DNA from: Octopus vulgaris
Taxonomy: Eukaryota
Direction of reading: 5' to 3'
Assembly: GCA_951406725.2 (NCBI GenBank)
Contig: OX597814.1
Span: 203,298,001 to 203,362,000, forward strand
DNA length: 64,000 nt
Part shown: piece after piece, positions 23,868 to 38,114 of the stretch
Layout: each line of letters opens with the position of its first letter
How positions within the stretch are numbered: the first letter of the stretch is position 1
Notes under the pieces: generated by a model
Database searches by the model: none
Seen by the model: only the letters and a program-made list of their open reading frames with translations
Told to the model about the DNA's origin: nothing
Position numbers and translations under genes: made by a program

Positions 23868-25540
23868 GTAAGTATATTGTTTTCTACTGAAATTGGCTCC
23901 ATTTCATTCGAGAATAATTTACTCAATATTATAACTTTTCAAAATCATTCGTGTTATATATTTGTTTGTAAGTGACTAAAAAAATCGAAATAATCTAGCT
24001 TAAAGAACACAAATGTATAGTATATATATATGTATGTATATACATATATATACTATACACACACACAATGTTGCGTATATATATATATACATGTGTGTAC
24101 TCGTTTCAATCATTAGAATGCGGCCACGCTGGGGCCCCGCCTTCAAAGACAAGATTCTTTTATTTTTCTGTAAAGATATTTACATTTCAATATTTTTGAT
24201 TTCCTCAAGATCAATTTATAAATAATATCGAATGATCGTGTGATATTAATACAAACAAAATTTAAAACAAATGATAATGGTAATAATTGCAATTATCTAC
24301 AAAAAAATACTGTGTACAGTCAATAATTTTGACAATTATTCTATTATCTCGATATTATTTAATTGTTTTGATTGATTTCTTTAGAAATCAATAGAAATGT
24401 TTTTTTTTTTCTCTGTTAGCGAAATGTCTGTTGTAATTCAGACATATATCAGAATGTTGAAATAATTATAAAGATGAAATCGTATAAGTATTTAACATTT
24501 TTATGAATTGTAAATAATGTACTTCGAAATTAATTTCATTGTTTATTTCTCTTGGGTGCATTTGCTTGACAGTTGTTTGATTTAATCGATAAAAAAATTT
24601 TGAGAAGGGTACCTAATTTGCAGGGAAAAAAAGAAGAAAATAATGAAATCAAGGAGCTCTAAGCGGTCAGTTGGTGGAAGAGAAGACGATGCAAAAACCT
24701 AGAAGGAAATGGGAGAGAAATGAGAGTAATGGCTACTGTATGTGGACTGACTGAGTGTGCTGGTTGGTGTAACACTTCATTGATGAAAATCTCACCAGTG
24801 AAACGATAATAATGAGCAGGTGATGCTCATCGAATGTGTACAGAAAACTGAGTAACAAGCCCTCCATCGATTCAGGACAGCTGTTCAAACATACTTTTCT
24901 AAATGATCGACTGACAGACCAACCAAATTTAAATCTCGGAGAAAGAAAAAGAACATGTAAGGGTTAGGGTGAAAATAGGTGTAATTATTTTTGACTTATA
25001 AAAAAAAGTATTTGAAACATATATTTGTGTATTAAAAGGTGGAATACAATTATAGGAGGCATGCAGAAACGGAAACCAACACCATTTTCAATTTTTTTCC
25101 CCCCCAAGAAGTGATAGTTTTGAGGAGGTGACTCAAAGAACCAAATGTACTGAGCTTGCTCCTCTGTTTCATAATACATGTCTATTATTAAGAATAATAG
25201 CTGGTGATTTGAAAGTGGGGGGGTGAATAGGGAAGAGGAGATTTCTTTTGACTAGATTACAGGTTCCATTTGCCATTTAAGATGGCTATAATTGATTGTA
25301 TTGACTAAGGAGTTTTTGTTGTTGTTTTTTTTACTTTGGAAGAATGAAAGTTGACTTGGCAATAACAACAGTGAAATATTACTTTAAGATCATTTATGGG
25401 GTTGTTACACTGTCTCAATAGTTATTTTTGTGTTGTCTGGCACCTAAGTTAAGTTTCTTTTTAAGTAATAGTGTTGTTAGTTTTTGTAAAAGGATCATTT
25501 ACTTTCAAGATTTGTCGGCAAATGCAGAAAAAATAACATT

Positions 25541-25895
25541 CATCATCATCATCATCATCATCATTTAACGTCCGCTTTCCATGCTAGCATGGGTTGGACG
25601 GTTCAACTGGGGTCTGGGGAGCCCGAAAGCTGCACCAGTCCAGTCAGATCTGGCAGTGTTTCTACAGCTGGATGCCCTTCCTAACGCCAACCACTCCGAG
25701 AGTGTAGTGGGTGATTTTATGTGCCACCGACACAGGTGCCAGACGAGGCTGGCAAACGGCCACGCTCGGATGGTGTTTTTTATGTGCCACCGACACAGGT
25801 GCCAGACGAGGCTGGCAGACGGCCACGCTCGGATGGTGTTTTTATGTGCCACCGACACAGGTGCCAGATGAGGCTGGCAAAACGGCCACGATCGG
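25541..25895 (-). mobile_element. Young RTE 3' UTR-derived repeat (family C) with three ~60-bp internal tandem units
   Basis: (CAT)n head on the plus strand, and TTTTATGTGCCACCGACACAGGTGCCAGA.GAGGCTGGCA three times. Confidence 0.8.
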
Positions 25896-26694
25896 ATATG
25901 TTAAAAATATATTTTCCAAAACCTCTGACTCTTCACGCAAAATGTCGTTTTCCAGAAAGGAGTAACTGTCGATAGCAAAGTGAAGATAGAAGGCATACGT
26001 GTAAAGACAACAGGGAGGCCAATAGTCATTTCAAGTTAATGAGAATACATTTTTGAAATTAGTTATGTTCATTTTCAAAGATTTTTCTCTTTATAAATTC
26101 TTGGTTGATATTATTTTTTTACCTATACTACGAAGTAATATTTATTTAACTGTTTCAGTTCAGATTAACATTGCTTCAAGTTTATTTAATCAACCTTGCC
26201 TTACTTATCTATGAAATATGTGAAAAATGAAAACATATTCTTCCAGATTGAGTTTGCTAATAATTCAGCACCCTTAATGCTCAAAATTGTTTCAGGTGTT
26301 TATCAACCCCTTGGATAGCCACTTAGACCCCTAGGAATCACTACTAATCACTTTGCTGGTTCCTGATCTAGTGACATGTGTAAGTGGACCATCTCAATAA
26401 GGCTTCAAAATTCTTTGAAATTGTTATTAGAAACAAGAGAAACTGTGGTACCATCATTGTCATTTTAACATTCACTTTTCCATGCTTACATAGGTCAGAC
26501 AGAATTTACTGAGACAGATTTTCAATGGCCAAATACCTCTCTTGTTTGGAGGAATGGTAATATTTCCCCCATTGCAAGACATGTTTCCAAAGAATGTTGG
26601 AAACAAAGGACACAGCTTGTATGACAGTAATAATGCTTTCCAGCTGTTCTGTGATGTCAAAACAAGGAAACAGAAACACATGTGTATGTATATA

Positions 26695-26910
26695 CAAGGG
26701 GTTGCTGAAAGGTTCCTGGTTTTGGGTAAAAGAAAATACAGAAGGATCAGTTAATTATGATTTTATTCAATATATTTCTTTCAGATCCACACACTTATTG
26801 CAGCGGTCCTCCAGTCTTTCTAAGCCCTGTAAAAGAAATCGGAAGGTTGGACCTCTAAACCAGGTCTTTCGTGATACCCTTAAAACTAGGAACTTTTCAG
26901 TACCCCCTCA
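26695..26910. mobile_element. Tc1/mariner-type MITE (inverted copy of 14743-14958)
   Basis: CAAGGGGTTGCTGAAAGGTTCC ... GGAACTTTTCAGTACCCCCT; the internal sequence is the reverse complement of the 14.8-kb copy. Confidence 0.7.
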
Positions 26911-28059
26911 TCTATATACACACACACACGCAAACTGTCTTTGGTTTCCATTTGTCAATTCCACTCGCAAGGCTTCAGTTACCTTAGGTCTGTAGAAAAA
27001 GATAATTGCCCCAAGTGATATGCAGTGGTACTGAACCCAAAGCCACATGGTTGGGATGTGAACTTCTTAATCACTCAACCATGCCTACACCTTTTTCCTG
27101 GAAACTAGAACTTTAAATAAAATTCAGTTAATTATCCAAAATTTTTAATTAGAGGATAAAAACATAAATTTTGCTTATTTATTCTTTTGTAAAGTTATGT
27201 TTGAAAAATATATAGTTTAAAGACTGTTTATTGATTATATCTATTTCATAGTTTTTTTTAATTACAACAGGCTGTCAAATTTTTTTGTCATCAACCCACT
27301 CCCATTTAATCTATTAATAACAAGTATAGATGGAAAATTAGATTAGTTATATATTATCTAAAACTAAAATAAAAACACAAATATGACATTACTTCTAAAT
27401 GTTTCCCTTTCTCAGTCTTTTTATATCTGTTATGTCATTCTATACAAAGCTCTGATGAAATATGCTCCACCACAATCTTTCTCTGTCTCTCTTTCACTAT
27501 AAACTTATCTCTCTCTCTGTCAGTATCAACCTTTCTCTCTTTCAGTAACTTTTCTCTCTTTTCATCTCTCTCTCTCTCCCCCTGATTGCTCCTTATTCAC
27601 TCCTCTTGCACTAGCTATCACGTTTTAGTTTTTCAACCCACTGACTTTTTGTTAGAATGTCCTCATTATGTTCTCTCTCTTCCCGTCTCTACTCACATGG
27701 AAACATCCCAGCACATAAAATCGCTATTTTACTAACAGTTCAAGCAGCGATGGAATAAATGTTATGTGATGGGGCAGAAGAGAACTCTAAATTTCTGTCA
27801 GAACACTTTATCATAGGTGTGAATTAGAGTTGAAGGATAAACTAAGGAATAAATTGGGATTAACAAAAGGAGAAAGAGACAGGTAACAAGAAGTGAAATA
27901 TATGAGATATTTAAAGAAGCTTAATATGTTTGGAAAGTTAAGTTAGGTTATTCTAAGACAACCAACATAAAGTACAGTAGTTTAATGTTAACGTATTTAA
28001 CATAGTGAGCATCAAGAGTATTGAATAAAAATGAAATGGGCAGTAAAGGAAAAATCCCA

Positions 28060-28503
28060 GTCATTGCCAGTGCTGCCTGACTGGCTCCTTTGCTGGTGGC
28101 ACTTGAAAAGCACCATTCAAGCGTGGTCGTTGCCAGTGCTGCCTGACTGGCTCCCGTGCCGGTGGCACTTGAAAAGCCATTTGATCATGCCAGTGGTTTA
28201 TGAAAATTACCATTTGAGCATGGTAGTTGCCAGTGCCACTTGACTAGTTCCCATGCCAGTAGTATGTAAAGAGCACCATTAAGCATGGTCGATGCCAGTA
28301 CCACCTGACTGGTCCTTATGCTGGTGGCACATAAAAAACACCCACTACACTCTCGGAGTGGTTGGCATTAGGAGGGGCATCCAGCTGTAAAAACCTTGCC
28401 AGACCAGATTGAAGCCTGGTACAGCCTTCTGGCTTGCCAGTCTTCAGTCAAATCATCAAACCCATGCTAGCATGGAAAGCAGACGTTAAACGATGATGAT
28501 GAT
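28060..28503 (+). mobile_element. RTE 3' UTR-derived repeat (family C)
   Basis: Several TGCCAGTGC..CCTGACTGG subrepeats, the GGTTGGCATTAGGA.GGGCATCCAGCTGTA core and a (GAT)n tail. Confidence 0.8.
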
Positions 28504-29329
28504 TATGCAAGTATGAGAGACAACTCTGAGTTTTGGCCTTGTCGGAGCTCTTTAGCAAAGCATAAATGCCATACTTGGTGCAGTAGAGTGTAGAAGTATT
28601 CAGACAATGGGTTACTGCAATTCATTCATTTACTTTTATGCCTGTTTTACCTAGCTAGCATGGCTTAGATGAATATATTATTGGGGCATAATTTCACATC
28701 TGAAGGCCTTCCTGTTGCTAACACTTACCTGTTTCTCAAGTAAAAGATATCTTATTCCACACACCTTTGAAGGAGCCAAGCCAGCTCAGATGATCTGTTG
28801 GTGGAAAATAACAGAAACGTCACTGCTTGTAGCTTAGTGATTTTTGGCAAATGGAAACAAACAGCAACACACACAAGCATACACATATACATACATCCAT
28901 AGGGCATCCAGCTGTAAAAACTCTGCCAGATCAGATTGGAGCCTGGCGCAGCCATCTGGTTCCCCAGTCCACAGTCAAATCATCCAACCCATGCTAGCAT
29001 GGAAAGCGGACGTTAAATGATGATGATTCCAGGGGTGACAAGTTCAAAGAAGTTATGTCCAGCCACTGAGACACTGAGAGTAAGGAACTCAAAGACTAAA
29101 AGTGAATAATTACAGCAATGCCTCAGTATATGAGTTAATTTGTTCCTGGAGATTGCTCATAAAGCAGAGCAATAATTTCCCAAAGTAACAATGTTATAAA
29201 TTGTATTTTGTTTCCAGAAAAATATTTTACCTATAAATGGCAATAAAACAACAGTAGAATGTAAAGATTATTTGTCAGCTCCAGCTCATATCCAAGCATT
29301 GTGTTTGTCAATTTCCATTCAGTCTCCTC

Positions 29330-29530
29330 GGCTGATGTTTGTGCCAAAAGTGACTTTGGGGTCTAGGCTGGTGGTGAAGGAGTCATGGGTAGAATTCACA
29401 CAGGATGGTCGGTGCAGGTCGAGGATGTTGAAGACGCTCCTTTCTTCTCCTGTGTTTTACCTCCTCATTCTGTTGTTTGTTCTGGAGGGCTTCTATCTGC
29501 AATGGAGCCAGCCCCTTCGAGCAGCACAGA
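29330..29530 (-). mobile_element. RTE-like LINE ORF C-terminal fragment
   Basis: Minus strand KHRRRKERLQHPRPAPTILCEFYP*LLHH..QSH resembles the basic stretch plus degenerate C2H2-like tail of RTE ORFs. Confidence 0.5.
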
Positions 29531-29681
29531 ATATTATATGTGAAGTAAAATGAATGTCAAAATCATTTATAATAAAAAATATTATTATAATCGTTTTTTG
29601 AATCACTCTAGACTTGTATACACCATTACTTGTACACATGATTGCTAATTCACAAGCACTTGCAGATGGACTTGTAGATTT

Positions 29682-29912
29682 CTTATTTCTTTATTGTCCA
29701 CAGGGGGCTAAACATAGAGGGGACAAACATGGACAGACAAAGGGATTAAGTTGATTAGATCAACCCCAGTGCATAACTGGTACTTAATTTATCGACCCCA
29801 AAAGGATGAAAGGCAAAGTCAACCTTGGTGGAATTTGAACTCAGAACGTAACAGCAGACGAAATACCACTAAGCATTTTGCCCGGCATGCTAACGTTTCA
29901 GCCAGCTCGCCA
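29682..29912 (-). mobile_element. SINE family B
   Basis: Reverse complement of the 8728-8962 and 53551-53785 copies. Confidence 0.85.
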
Positions 29913-30744
29913 CCTTTTTGTAGATTTCTTTTTAAAAAACAAGTCCAGAGTTGGTTGCTTAGAAGAAGCTTTTTTTGATCTCTTTAAATTTCTTGGTAAC
30001 ACACAGAAGCATTTGTTATGGTAGTAGAAAGTCTTGCACTTCGTTGAAAAATTTCAGCTCACCATACAAAAAAGTAGTTGCAAAATAAAACTCATAAACC
30101 CAGGCTCTGGTAAAGCATGTCCTTGTAAAGTGAGGTATCACTGCATTTAATCCATAATCATTAGTTTCTCAAAATATATTTTGTTGGATCAAGTATGAAT
30201 CAAACATTTATGGCATGAAAAAGAAGCATGCAGTATAAGCAATAAAGTAATTGGCATTAGTAAGGACATCCAGCTGTCTATGCCAAAGCAGACACCTGGA
30301 GCATGATGATACTGTTCTTGGACCCTTTGGAGTCTGTCAAACTATCCAACCCAATCCAGCATGAAACACGGACATTAAATAATGATAATATAGTTATATA
30401 ACAATAGTGAAATATATCAAGTACATTATTCATAGTGCAATCATTATCTGGAATACTGGGTAGAGTGGATAGATATATACTTATTACATCAAAGTTGACT
30501 GCCTACTGGGCTCTTCATGTATGTGTGTGTATGTGTATATATATATATATATATATAATAAGCTTTAAGTTTCCATCTGAGCTTCCACTACTGGCAAGGA
30601 TTGTAGAAGACACTGGCTCCACTGCCATGCAGTGGGGTTGTTGAACCTGAAACCATGTGTTTGCAAAGTGCACTGGCTAGGTTGTGCCTAATCAAGTACA
30701 ATGCTCACCTCTAAGTATGGACAATAAAATCCTGGCAAAAATAT

Positions 30745-31119
30745 CTCCAAGTAAACATGGGGCCAATACAATTTCAATTGTGATAAAATTGACAAAATGT
30801 GATAGAAAATGATATAATAATTTTGTCATATTTCAAATAGAATGGAAAAATCTTATAATTTACCAAATCAAAAAGTAGTCAATTTGTTCTCATCCGTAAA
30901 AAAAAAGACGGCGATAAATCTAGTACTATGTACATATAATAGGCAGAGTTTAATATAGTGAATGTGGTTAGACACACAGGGAATATTGTAAAAGTGTGTG
31001 AAGTAAAATGAGGAAATACTGACTATGGTTAACAGGACACTTAATAGAACAATATTGAATATCCACTGATAATGATCAACTAAAATAGAATGAATTTTAG
31101 ACCACAGATAATTAAAAAT
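30745..31119 (+). repeat. ~400-bp dispersed repeat, copy 2 (CpG decayed)
   Basis: Homologous to 20914-21317, with CG to CA/TG changes. Confidence 0.85.
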
Positions 31120-34059
31120 TTTTTCTTTTCTTTTCTATATTATTGAAGAGAGAAGCAGTCCCCATAACCCTTCATAGGGCCTTTCAGACTGGTGGAGTGA
31201 AGAAACATATCCTCTAACTGGAGACATGGCCTTGAAGGCTTGCACTAGGGTCGGCTCCGAGTCAAGGCCATGGTGAGATTTGAAATCAGAATAAATGTTG
31301 CAAGGAATTAACTCACATTCTTTGAGTTCCACAAATACAATATTTTGGATTACTACATTATTATTAACTCTAGAAAGGATGACGGGCAAAGTTGAAGTCA
31401 GAGCACAGAGAGCTGGAGGAAATACCATAAGCCATACAATCCAGTTTGCTACTTATTGTTAACCCTTTTTGGAACAACTCACTTGAGACCACCCCTGGTT
31501 CTATAATACAAATTTCATTTTAAAATTGATCTACAGTGACACCTTCAATCAAATTCTTTTGTGTTCTATGCTCCAGGTTAATAATGACTTATTTTATGTT
31601 GCACCCATAATTTAGCATTAATTTTTGGTACAAAATTTTTCTCTTCATACTTTTAGCTTTATCTCATGTATATATAAGCTGCACCTCAGTTTTTACACTT
31701 AAATCAAGCCTGAAACTTATACACGAATACATATGGTAACTGAATCAAAAGCAGTGTATTTCAACAAAAATACAGTAATAAAAATGGTTAATGAATTTTA
31801 TTTTTAAGCTCATCTAACCTTATTATGCATTCTTTAAACATTCTTCAGGATCTGGTTTTCCTTTTTTTTTTAATCATTTCAAAAAAGTTTTCCTGAACCA
31901 GAATTTTAGGAAACTTGGAGCTCAACACAGCCCTACAGCTGGCCGGATCCTGTCAGACCATCCCAGTCCTACCAGAAGGAAAATGGACATTAAATGATGA
32001 TAATAATGAACATGTAGGTCATATCTATTTATAGTACAAATCATTGTTTAGATAAAAATCAAACAAAATAATCGTTTCATTGTAATCATTGTCAATTTCA
32101 TTTTCTGATTGCTTCTTATCAAGAACAATGAACTAACTTCTGTATTTAGTCAGACAGTAATCAATACAATGTCTGATTTAGACAAACCATGCCTGATGAT
32201 TGTTATAATATTGTGTGAACCAACAGCATAATAATTAGATCCTTAATGCAAATGATCATCATTTAAACAGCCATGTTCTATGTTGGCATGGGCTGAATGG
32301 TTTGATAGGATCTTATGGGTCCAAGGACTGCATTGCGCTCCAGTGTCTGCTTTCATATGTTTTCTACATCTGTGATGCCCTTCCTAATGCCAACTACTTC
32401 ACAGTATGAACTGGATGTTTTTAATTTTTTTTCTTGGCACCAGCAGGGTTGAGGACTCCATGCAGCTTTCAAGACTACACACCCTGATGGGGAAGGAGGG
32501 GATGATAGAAAGGGGTGGAGTTGGAAAGAGATAAACAATAAGGTGAGCAGGAATAGACGAACTAGGAGTGAGAGTAGCGAGAGTATATGGGGAGTGGGTG
32601 AAGAGGGCGGGTAGGATTGTAGAGATTGGGGAGGTGGATGACTTATGGTGCTTGGGGAAGTTAGGAGGTGGAAAAGAAAGTAAGGGTGAGCAACAATAAT
32701 AATGAAGATACAACTGACTGGGGAGAAGGAGGTGATATGTAGTTGGGTAGATTGCAGGAGTGGAGTAGGGAGTGAGGTAGGTGTAGCAGAAGGTGAACAT
32801 TTATCACACCGGGTGAAATGCTTAGCAGTATTTCGTCTGCTACTACGTTCTGAGTTCAAATTCCGCCAAGGTCAACTTTGCCTTTCATTCTTTCAGGGTC
32901 GATTAAATAAGTACCAGGTATGCATTGGGGTTGATATAATCGACTTAATCCGTTTGTCTGTCCTTGTTTGTTCACTCTGTGTAGTCCCTTGTGGGCAGTA
33001 AGGAAATAAGAAGGAGAACATTTAATATCTTATCACTCATAGAAAAAATATCACCTTATCATAGTGATTTAAGTCTTTAGCATATAAACTGGCCATATCT
33101 GGCTCAAATATTCTGCTTGTTTTATGTCCAAACTGACCAGATCCAGCCCTCACACTTACCCTAGGATGTCATTCTAACAGTAAGCAATTTCATCATAGAT
33201 TTAATTGTAAACAATGTGAATAAATAAGCATTACATTTGCCAGAGTAATCTGAATGCCAATGGGTCAAACTCTTTGTAACACATCGTCTTGAATAATCAA
33301 ATATAACCGACTTCAGATCAGGTTGTCCTGGATATAACCACATATTTGGGAGGGTGGGGTGAGAAAGTGGGTAACATTTAGTTTCCTATGAATAACACAC
33401 AGCTTTAATTCATTGGTTTAAAAATGTGAGTTGAAAAAAATACCTAAGTAGAGTACTGTTGGAAGAGTATCATTATCTTTTCTTTCGTTTACTCCTTGTC
33501 ATTATTCATTAATCAGATTGTGTGTGTGTGTGTGTGTTCAAAAATGAAAATTAGTGAGAAAGTAGACAAAGGTGTCTATGGAAAAGCTAGAAAGTATGAG
33601 AAATAATTAAGACATAAAGAGGGAGAGTGAAAGAGACAACATATATATGAAAGACAATGACATCATGTGACCAATATCATCATCATCATCATTTAGTGTC
33701 CATTTTCCATGCTGGTATGGGTAAGATGATTTGACTGGAGATGGTAAACTGGAGAACTGCACAAGGCCCCTCTCTGTTTTGGCTTGGTTTCTACGATTGG
33801 ATGCCATTCATAATGCCAACGACTCCATCAACTTTTTGTGTGTGACCAGCATAAGTGCCTCTTATGTGTCACCAGCACAAGTGCCACTCACATCACCGGC
33901 ACTGGCCAAGACTAGGATTTCGCTTAGCTTGATGCGTCTTCTCAAGTATAGTAAATTGCAGACCATCTGTAGTCACTTTCATATTTTATTCCTTTGCTTC
34001 ATAGTATCATAACCAGAAGATGAACTAATGCCAGGGACACCACAGCCCATTTTTTTGGC

Positions 34060-34225
34060 AATGGCTCTTCTTTATATATCACCTTCAAAAGCACTCTATT
34101 GTACCAGCCTATTCAAAAAAACATTGGATAATCTCCTAATGATAATATCAGACCAGCCAACCATTCAAGGATACACTCAGGGAAGACCAGCTGCTGCTAC
34201 AAACTCTAATTGTAGATCAATCTCC
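34060..34225 (+). mobile_element. Non-LTR LINE ORF2 3' end remnant
   Basis: FKKTLDNLL.IISDQPTIQGY....AAATNS resembles LINE C-termini of the form FK..LD..L..IPDQP...GY...AA..NS. Confidence 0.5.
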
Positions 34226-37200
34226 AGCCATAGAGTGAGAACAAAACTGAAAGAAAATGGACGAAGGCAGTGTCCAGTCCACTCTGTAAAGTGGTTAGTG
34301 TTAGGAAGGTCGAGAAGGTATTAGAAGCCAAATGGATAATGGAGACTCTGAGTCGGATGTTGATCTCTCTTCATCCTATATCAGTATAGACAGCAAGTGT
34401 AGAACAATGGTGATAAGGATGCTACCAGGATGGAATGGTAGCATCCATAGTTATAAATATGCTTATTGTTGAAGACAGTCGTATTATCAGTGGAATCTCT
34501 TCCTGCTGTTGAACCTCTTCACCAGGAGAGGCCAGCCAACAGCTGGACAGACAATCAGAGTAGTGTGCTTTGTCCAGGTGCATCTTAACAATGGCTATTT
34601 CAAACACATTGTCCCTTGAATCATACATGCCTGCATCTCTATACTGTGCTGGATTGGGATGAAAATTGAATACCGTTATCAAACATTTAAAACTATGAAA
34701 TAATTGAATTTCAACCTATTGTTATTCTCTGAAACACTGACATAGACATACAGGCCATGCAACCTAGAATTGGGCTACTCTGACCCTTGTATGTATGTTT
34801 AGAAAAAAGTTTAGATGCATATTGATTACAAGTTTTTCCACAATCGTATTATTTCATTTGATATTTTTACTTTTCAGATGTGACTAGTGGTGCTTTGTCT
34901 TTGTTTCCTATTATTGTTGTTTGAATCCATGTCTAAACATTGATTTTTGTCAGCGTCTTGTTGGCATTGGATAGACTATGAAAAGTTTTTTTTAAATGTT
35001 GCAAGCCATGGCAGAAATGTGGTTGCACATCACTGCTGTAATGCATACTTGCATGTAAATAAAATTAATCATTTTAAGATTCATTTGAATGAAGCTATTT
35101 TAATAAGGACACTAAATTAGGTTTGAGCTTAGCATATCTGTATATATTCCATGTACAAACATTCGCGTATTTATCAATATGGATATGCCCTAACACTCAC
35201 ATATACATACACATGAACAAATCAATATACCTATCTACATAAGTATACAGGTCTATGAAATTATATACACATGCATGCTTTATGAGCCACTGTGGGATCT
35301 AGATTCAGACCTGGAACATCCCCTACGTTATATATATATATATATATATATGCATGTGTATATTGATTTATGAACTCCCACCCATGCTAGCATGGAAGGT
35401 GCACATTAAATGATGATGATAAACTTGTTACCCTACTGCTTTTGAATGAATGATTATAGTTATTATGTGAGTATGATGGAGGTATTAACTGTAAAGACAA
35501 CCTACAGAGTATCTGTTCCAAGAAGTTCTTTGCATCTGTGACTTTGTTATTTAATTCTTCATGAAATATCTATTGTGAAGGACAAACAGTTGCTTAATGA
35601 CCAGGCCTTTCTGATCCTGCCAGATTAATTCTTTCTTATAAAACTATTTATTTAGTTGGTAGTTTTGAATCACTCTCTCTCTCTCCCCACGCCTGTTGTA
35701 TTTGCATTGACATGCCACGCCTGTTGTATTTGCACTGACAGTCATAGACCTCCATGCCAAAGTCTGAAAAATCTTGATGTAGCAGTGGTTTTCCATTGCA
35801 ATTGGCTGGGTTATTTACAATCCACTCTGCTACTTTAACTTTCCTGTACTTAACCCTTGAAGCAGAGGAATTGGTTCACATGACATCAGTTCATGTCTTC
35901 ACACTGCTATACCTGTGTGGCACAGGTCTAGTGGATGCAGTTTAATGTCTTGCCTGAAACAATTCACATTTTCACCAAGGAAAAATAATCTAACCACATA
36001 GCTTTGGGTTCAGTCTCACTGCGTAGTACCTTGGCCAAGTGTTTTCTTAATCCCTTAGCTATGCCTGCACTTATCTTAAAAGTATTTCTCTAAACCTTTT
36101 ACTTTTAGAGAACGGAATTAAAAAGAACATTTATTATCTTTTTCAATGTAATTATGTTATTTTATATTTTAATATCTTTTATATCACATTTTGTGGATCA
36201 GTTGCTGCATTTCTGGCAGCAAGAGTAATGAGGGATTGTCTGTACAACTCAAATAGAACTAATACTACTATATAGGGTGTTCTTATTTGAAAGTACCAGT
36301 TCTTTTTACCTCTTTTTCCATTGAGAAAAGAGATACATATTTATACATAAGACAGGCTTTTAATTTACATTTACTAAAATTCACTTGTTAGCCATGAGTC
36401 AACCCGAAGCTAAGATGGAAGACACTTGCCTAAGGAGCAGCATGGTAGAACTGAACCCTAAACCAAGTGGTTGTGAAGTGAACTTGTTGATTATGCATGT
36501 GATCCTTATTTAGAAAGCAAGATTATGCTTTGGTTTGGTGTAGAGCATTTTCGCAAGAGTATTCAATCCTATATGGGAGTGTTTAAGTCATGAAGGAGGA
36601 AGTGAGTAATACATTAATTTCAAGTTTAATTAGTCTCTACTTTTATTACACAATGGTAAAGGGTCAGGTGCAGTGGTAAGTATCCAAGTGTTTTTGATGA
36701 GCACTTCTGCAGAATGTGACTGTACTCAGTCGGCACTCTGAGTTTGGTGTTAATGTACTCTTTAATATTGTGATTTTCCACCAAACTTCATACGAGTTCT
36801 GTTGATTCATTTCTGTATTTTAGTAAGATATTCTGAAAAGAGCAAAACCAACTGAATCATGTTGATCGTTTATTGAAATATTAATTTTAACAAAGCCATT
36901 GTGTGTTGGATTACTTTGTTTTATTCATCCTTCTCTCTCTCTCTCATGCTTCGTCTCCCTTCTCCTGACTATCAGTTTTTTAATTGTTATATTGGATTGT
37001 GTTTTACATAAAGGTCATGCTTTGTTTGAATAGTGTTACTCTGCAAATATTTAAGCTCAACATTAAATATCAAACGAATAGGAGAGGGCTTAGGTCAAAA
37101 TATGTATGACCTTCCTGCTATACAAGAATGATTGATTGAGGGCAAAACTAGATAAATTTGACTTGATTAGGAAACATTGAAACAAAGTTTTTCATGTTCG

Positions 37201-38114
37201 TTGCTGCTGAAAATGTTCTTGTGTGATTTAAAGCCAAAGGAAAGTTACAATATAAATGTGAAGTAATTATTATGTTTTGTTTGTTCATTTAGTTTTTTGA
37301 CTTTTTTCAGTTCATTGGACTACAGCCAATCTGGTTCTTATACTCCCAGTTTCTTTTGATGAACAGCTAATTTATAAGGGCATTAACAAAGCAACATCAA
37401 TTTCCAAGTGTTTGGGGGTCAACACAAAGACACACACACACACACACACAAAAACCTGTTTATATATATTGCCATCATCATTTACCATGGGTCAGATGGA
37501 ATTTGTTGAGGCATTCTGCAGCCAGGTACCCGTCCTGTTGCCAACCCTCACCTGTTTCCAAGTAAGATGATATTTCCTCCAAAGCCAGACATGTTTTTCA
37601 CTGCAGACTGGAAATGAATAACTCACTTGTATGAGTGATGCTGTTTACAACCATTATAGACAAAGGTGTGTGTGTGTGTGTAAACACACATATACACATC
37701 TACATGACAGGCTTCTTTCAGTTTTTATCTATGAAATCTACTCACAAGGTTTTAGTCAATTCGGGGCCATAATAGAAAATGCTCACCCAAAGTGCTGCAC
37801 AGTGGAACTGACTCTCAAATTTATGTGATTAAGAGGAAAGCTTCTTAACCACACACTCACACTTGCACCTATATACATGTGTGTGTGTGTGTGTATATAG
37901 TTGAGAGAGTCAGAGATTCTCAGTATAGAAAACACTTTGTAGCACTCAAATGATTTGAACTTATACTCTGATGTCTTTACATGTGGTAAAGAGAAGTTAT
38001 AAGATGAATCAAGGTGAGCTGATATGGAGGCAATAATACTAATAAGCAAATTAAATCATCTGAAAATCTTCAATCTTTGCTTTCCCTCTGTCTATGTGTA
38101 TACATATATATATA

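Noticed and set aside
24775-24815. TTGATGA...GAAACGAT hammerhead-like spacing
   Set aside because: The core is mutated and stem II does not pair, so it could be chance. Similarly weak cases at ~2455-2485, ~11010-11085 and ~27450 were also not called.
34422-34682. Non-repetitive-looking 86-aa ORF
   Set aside because: No recognisable domain or clear splice sites; I could not support it as an exon.
36690-36745. Possible C/D box snoRNA (TGATGA ... CTGA)
   Set aside because: Only ~47 nt between boxes, no clear terminal stem and no rRNA complementarity that I could recognise.
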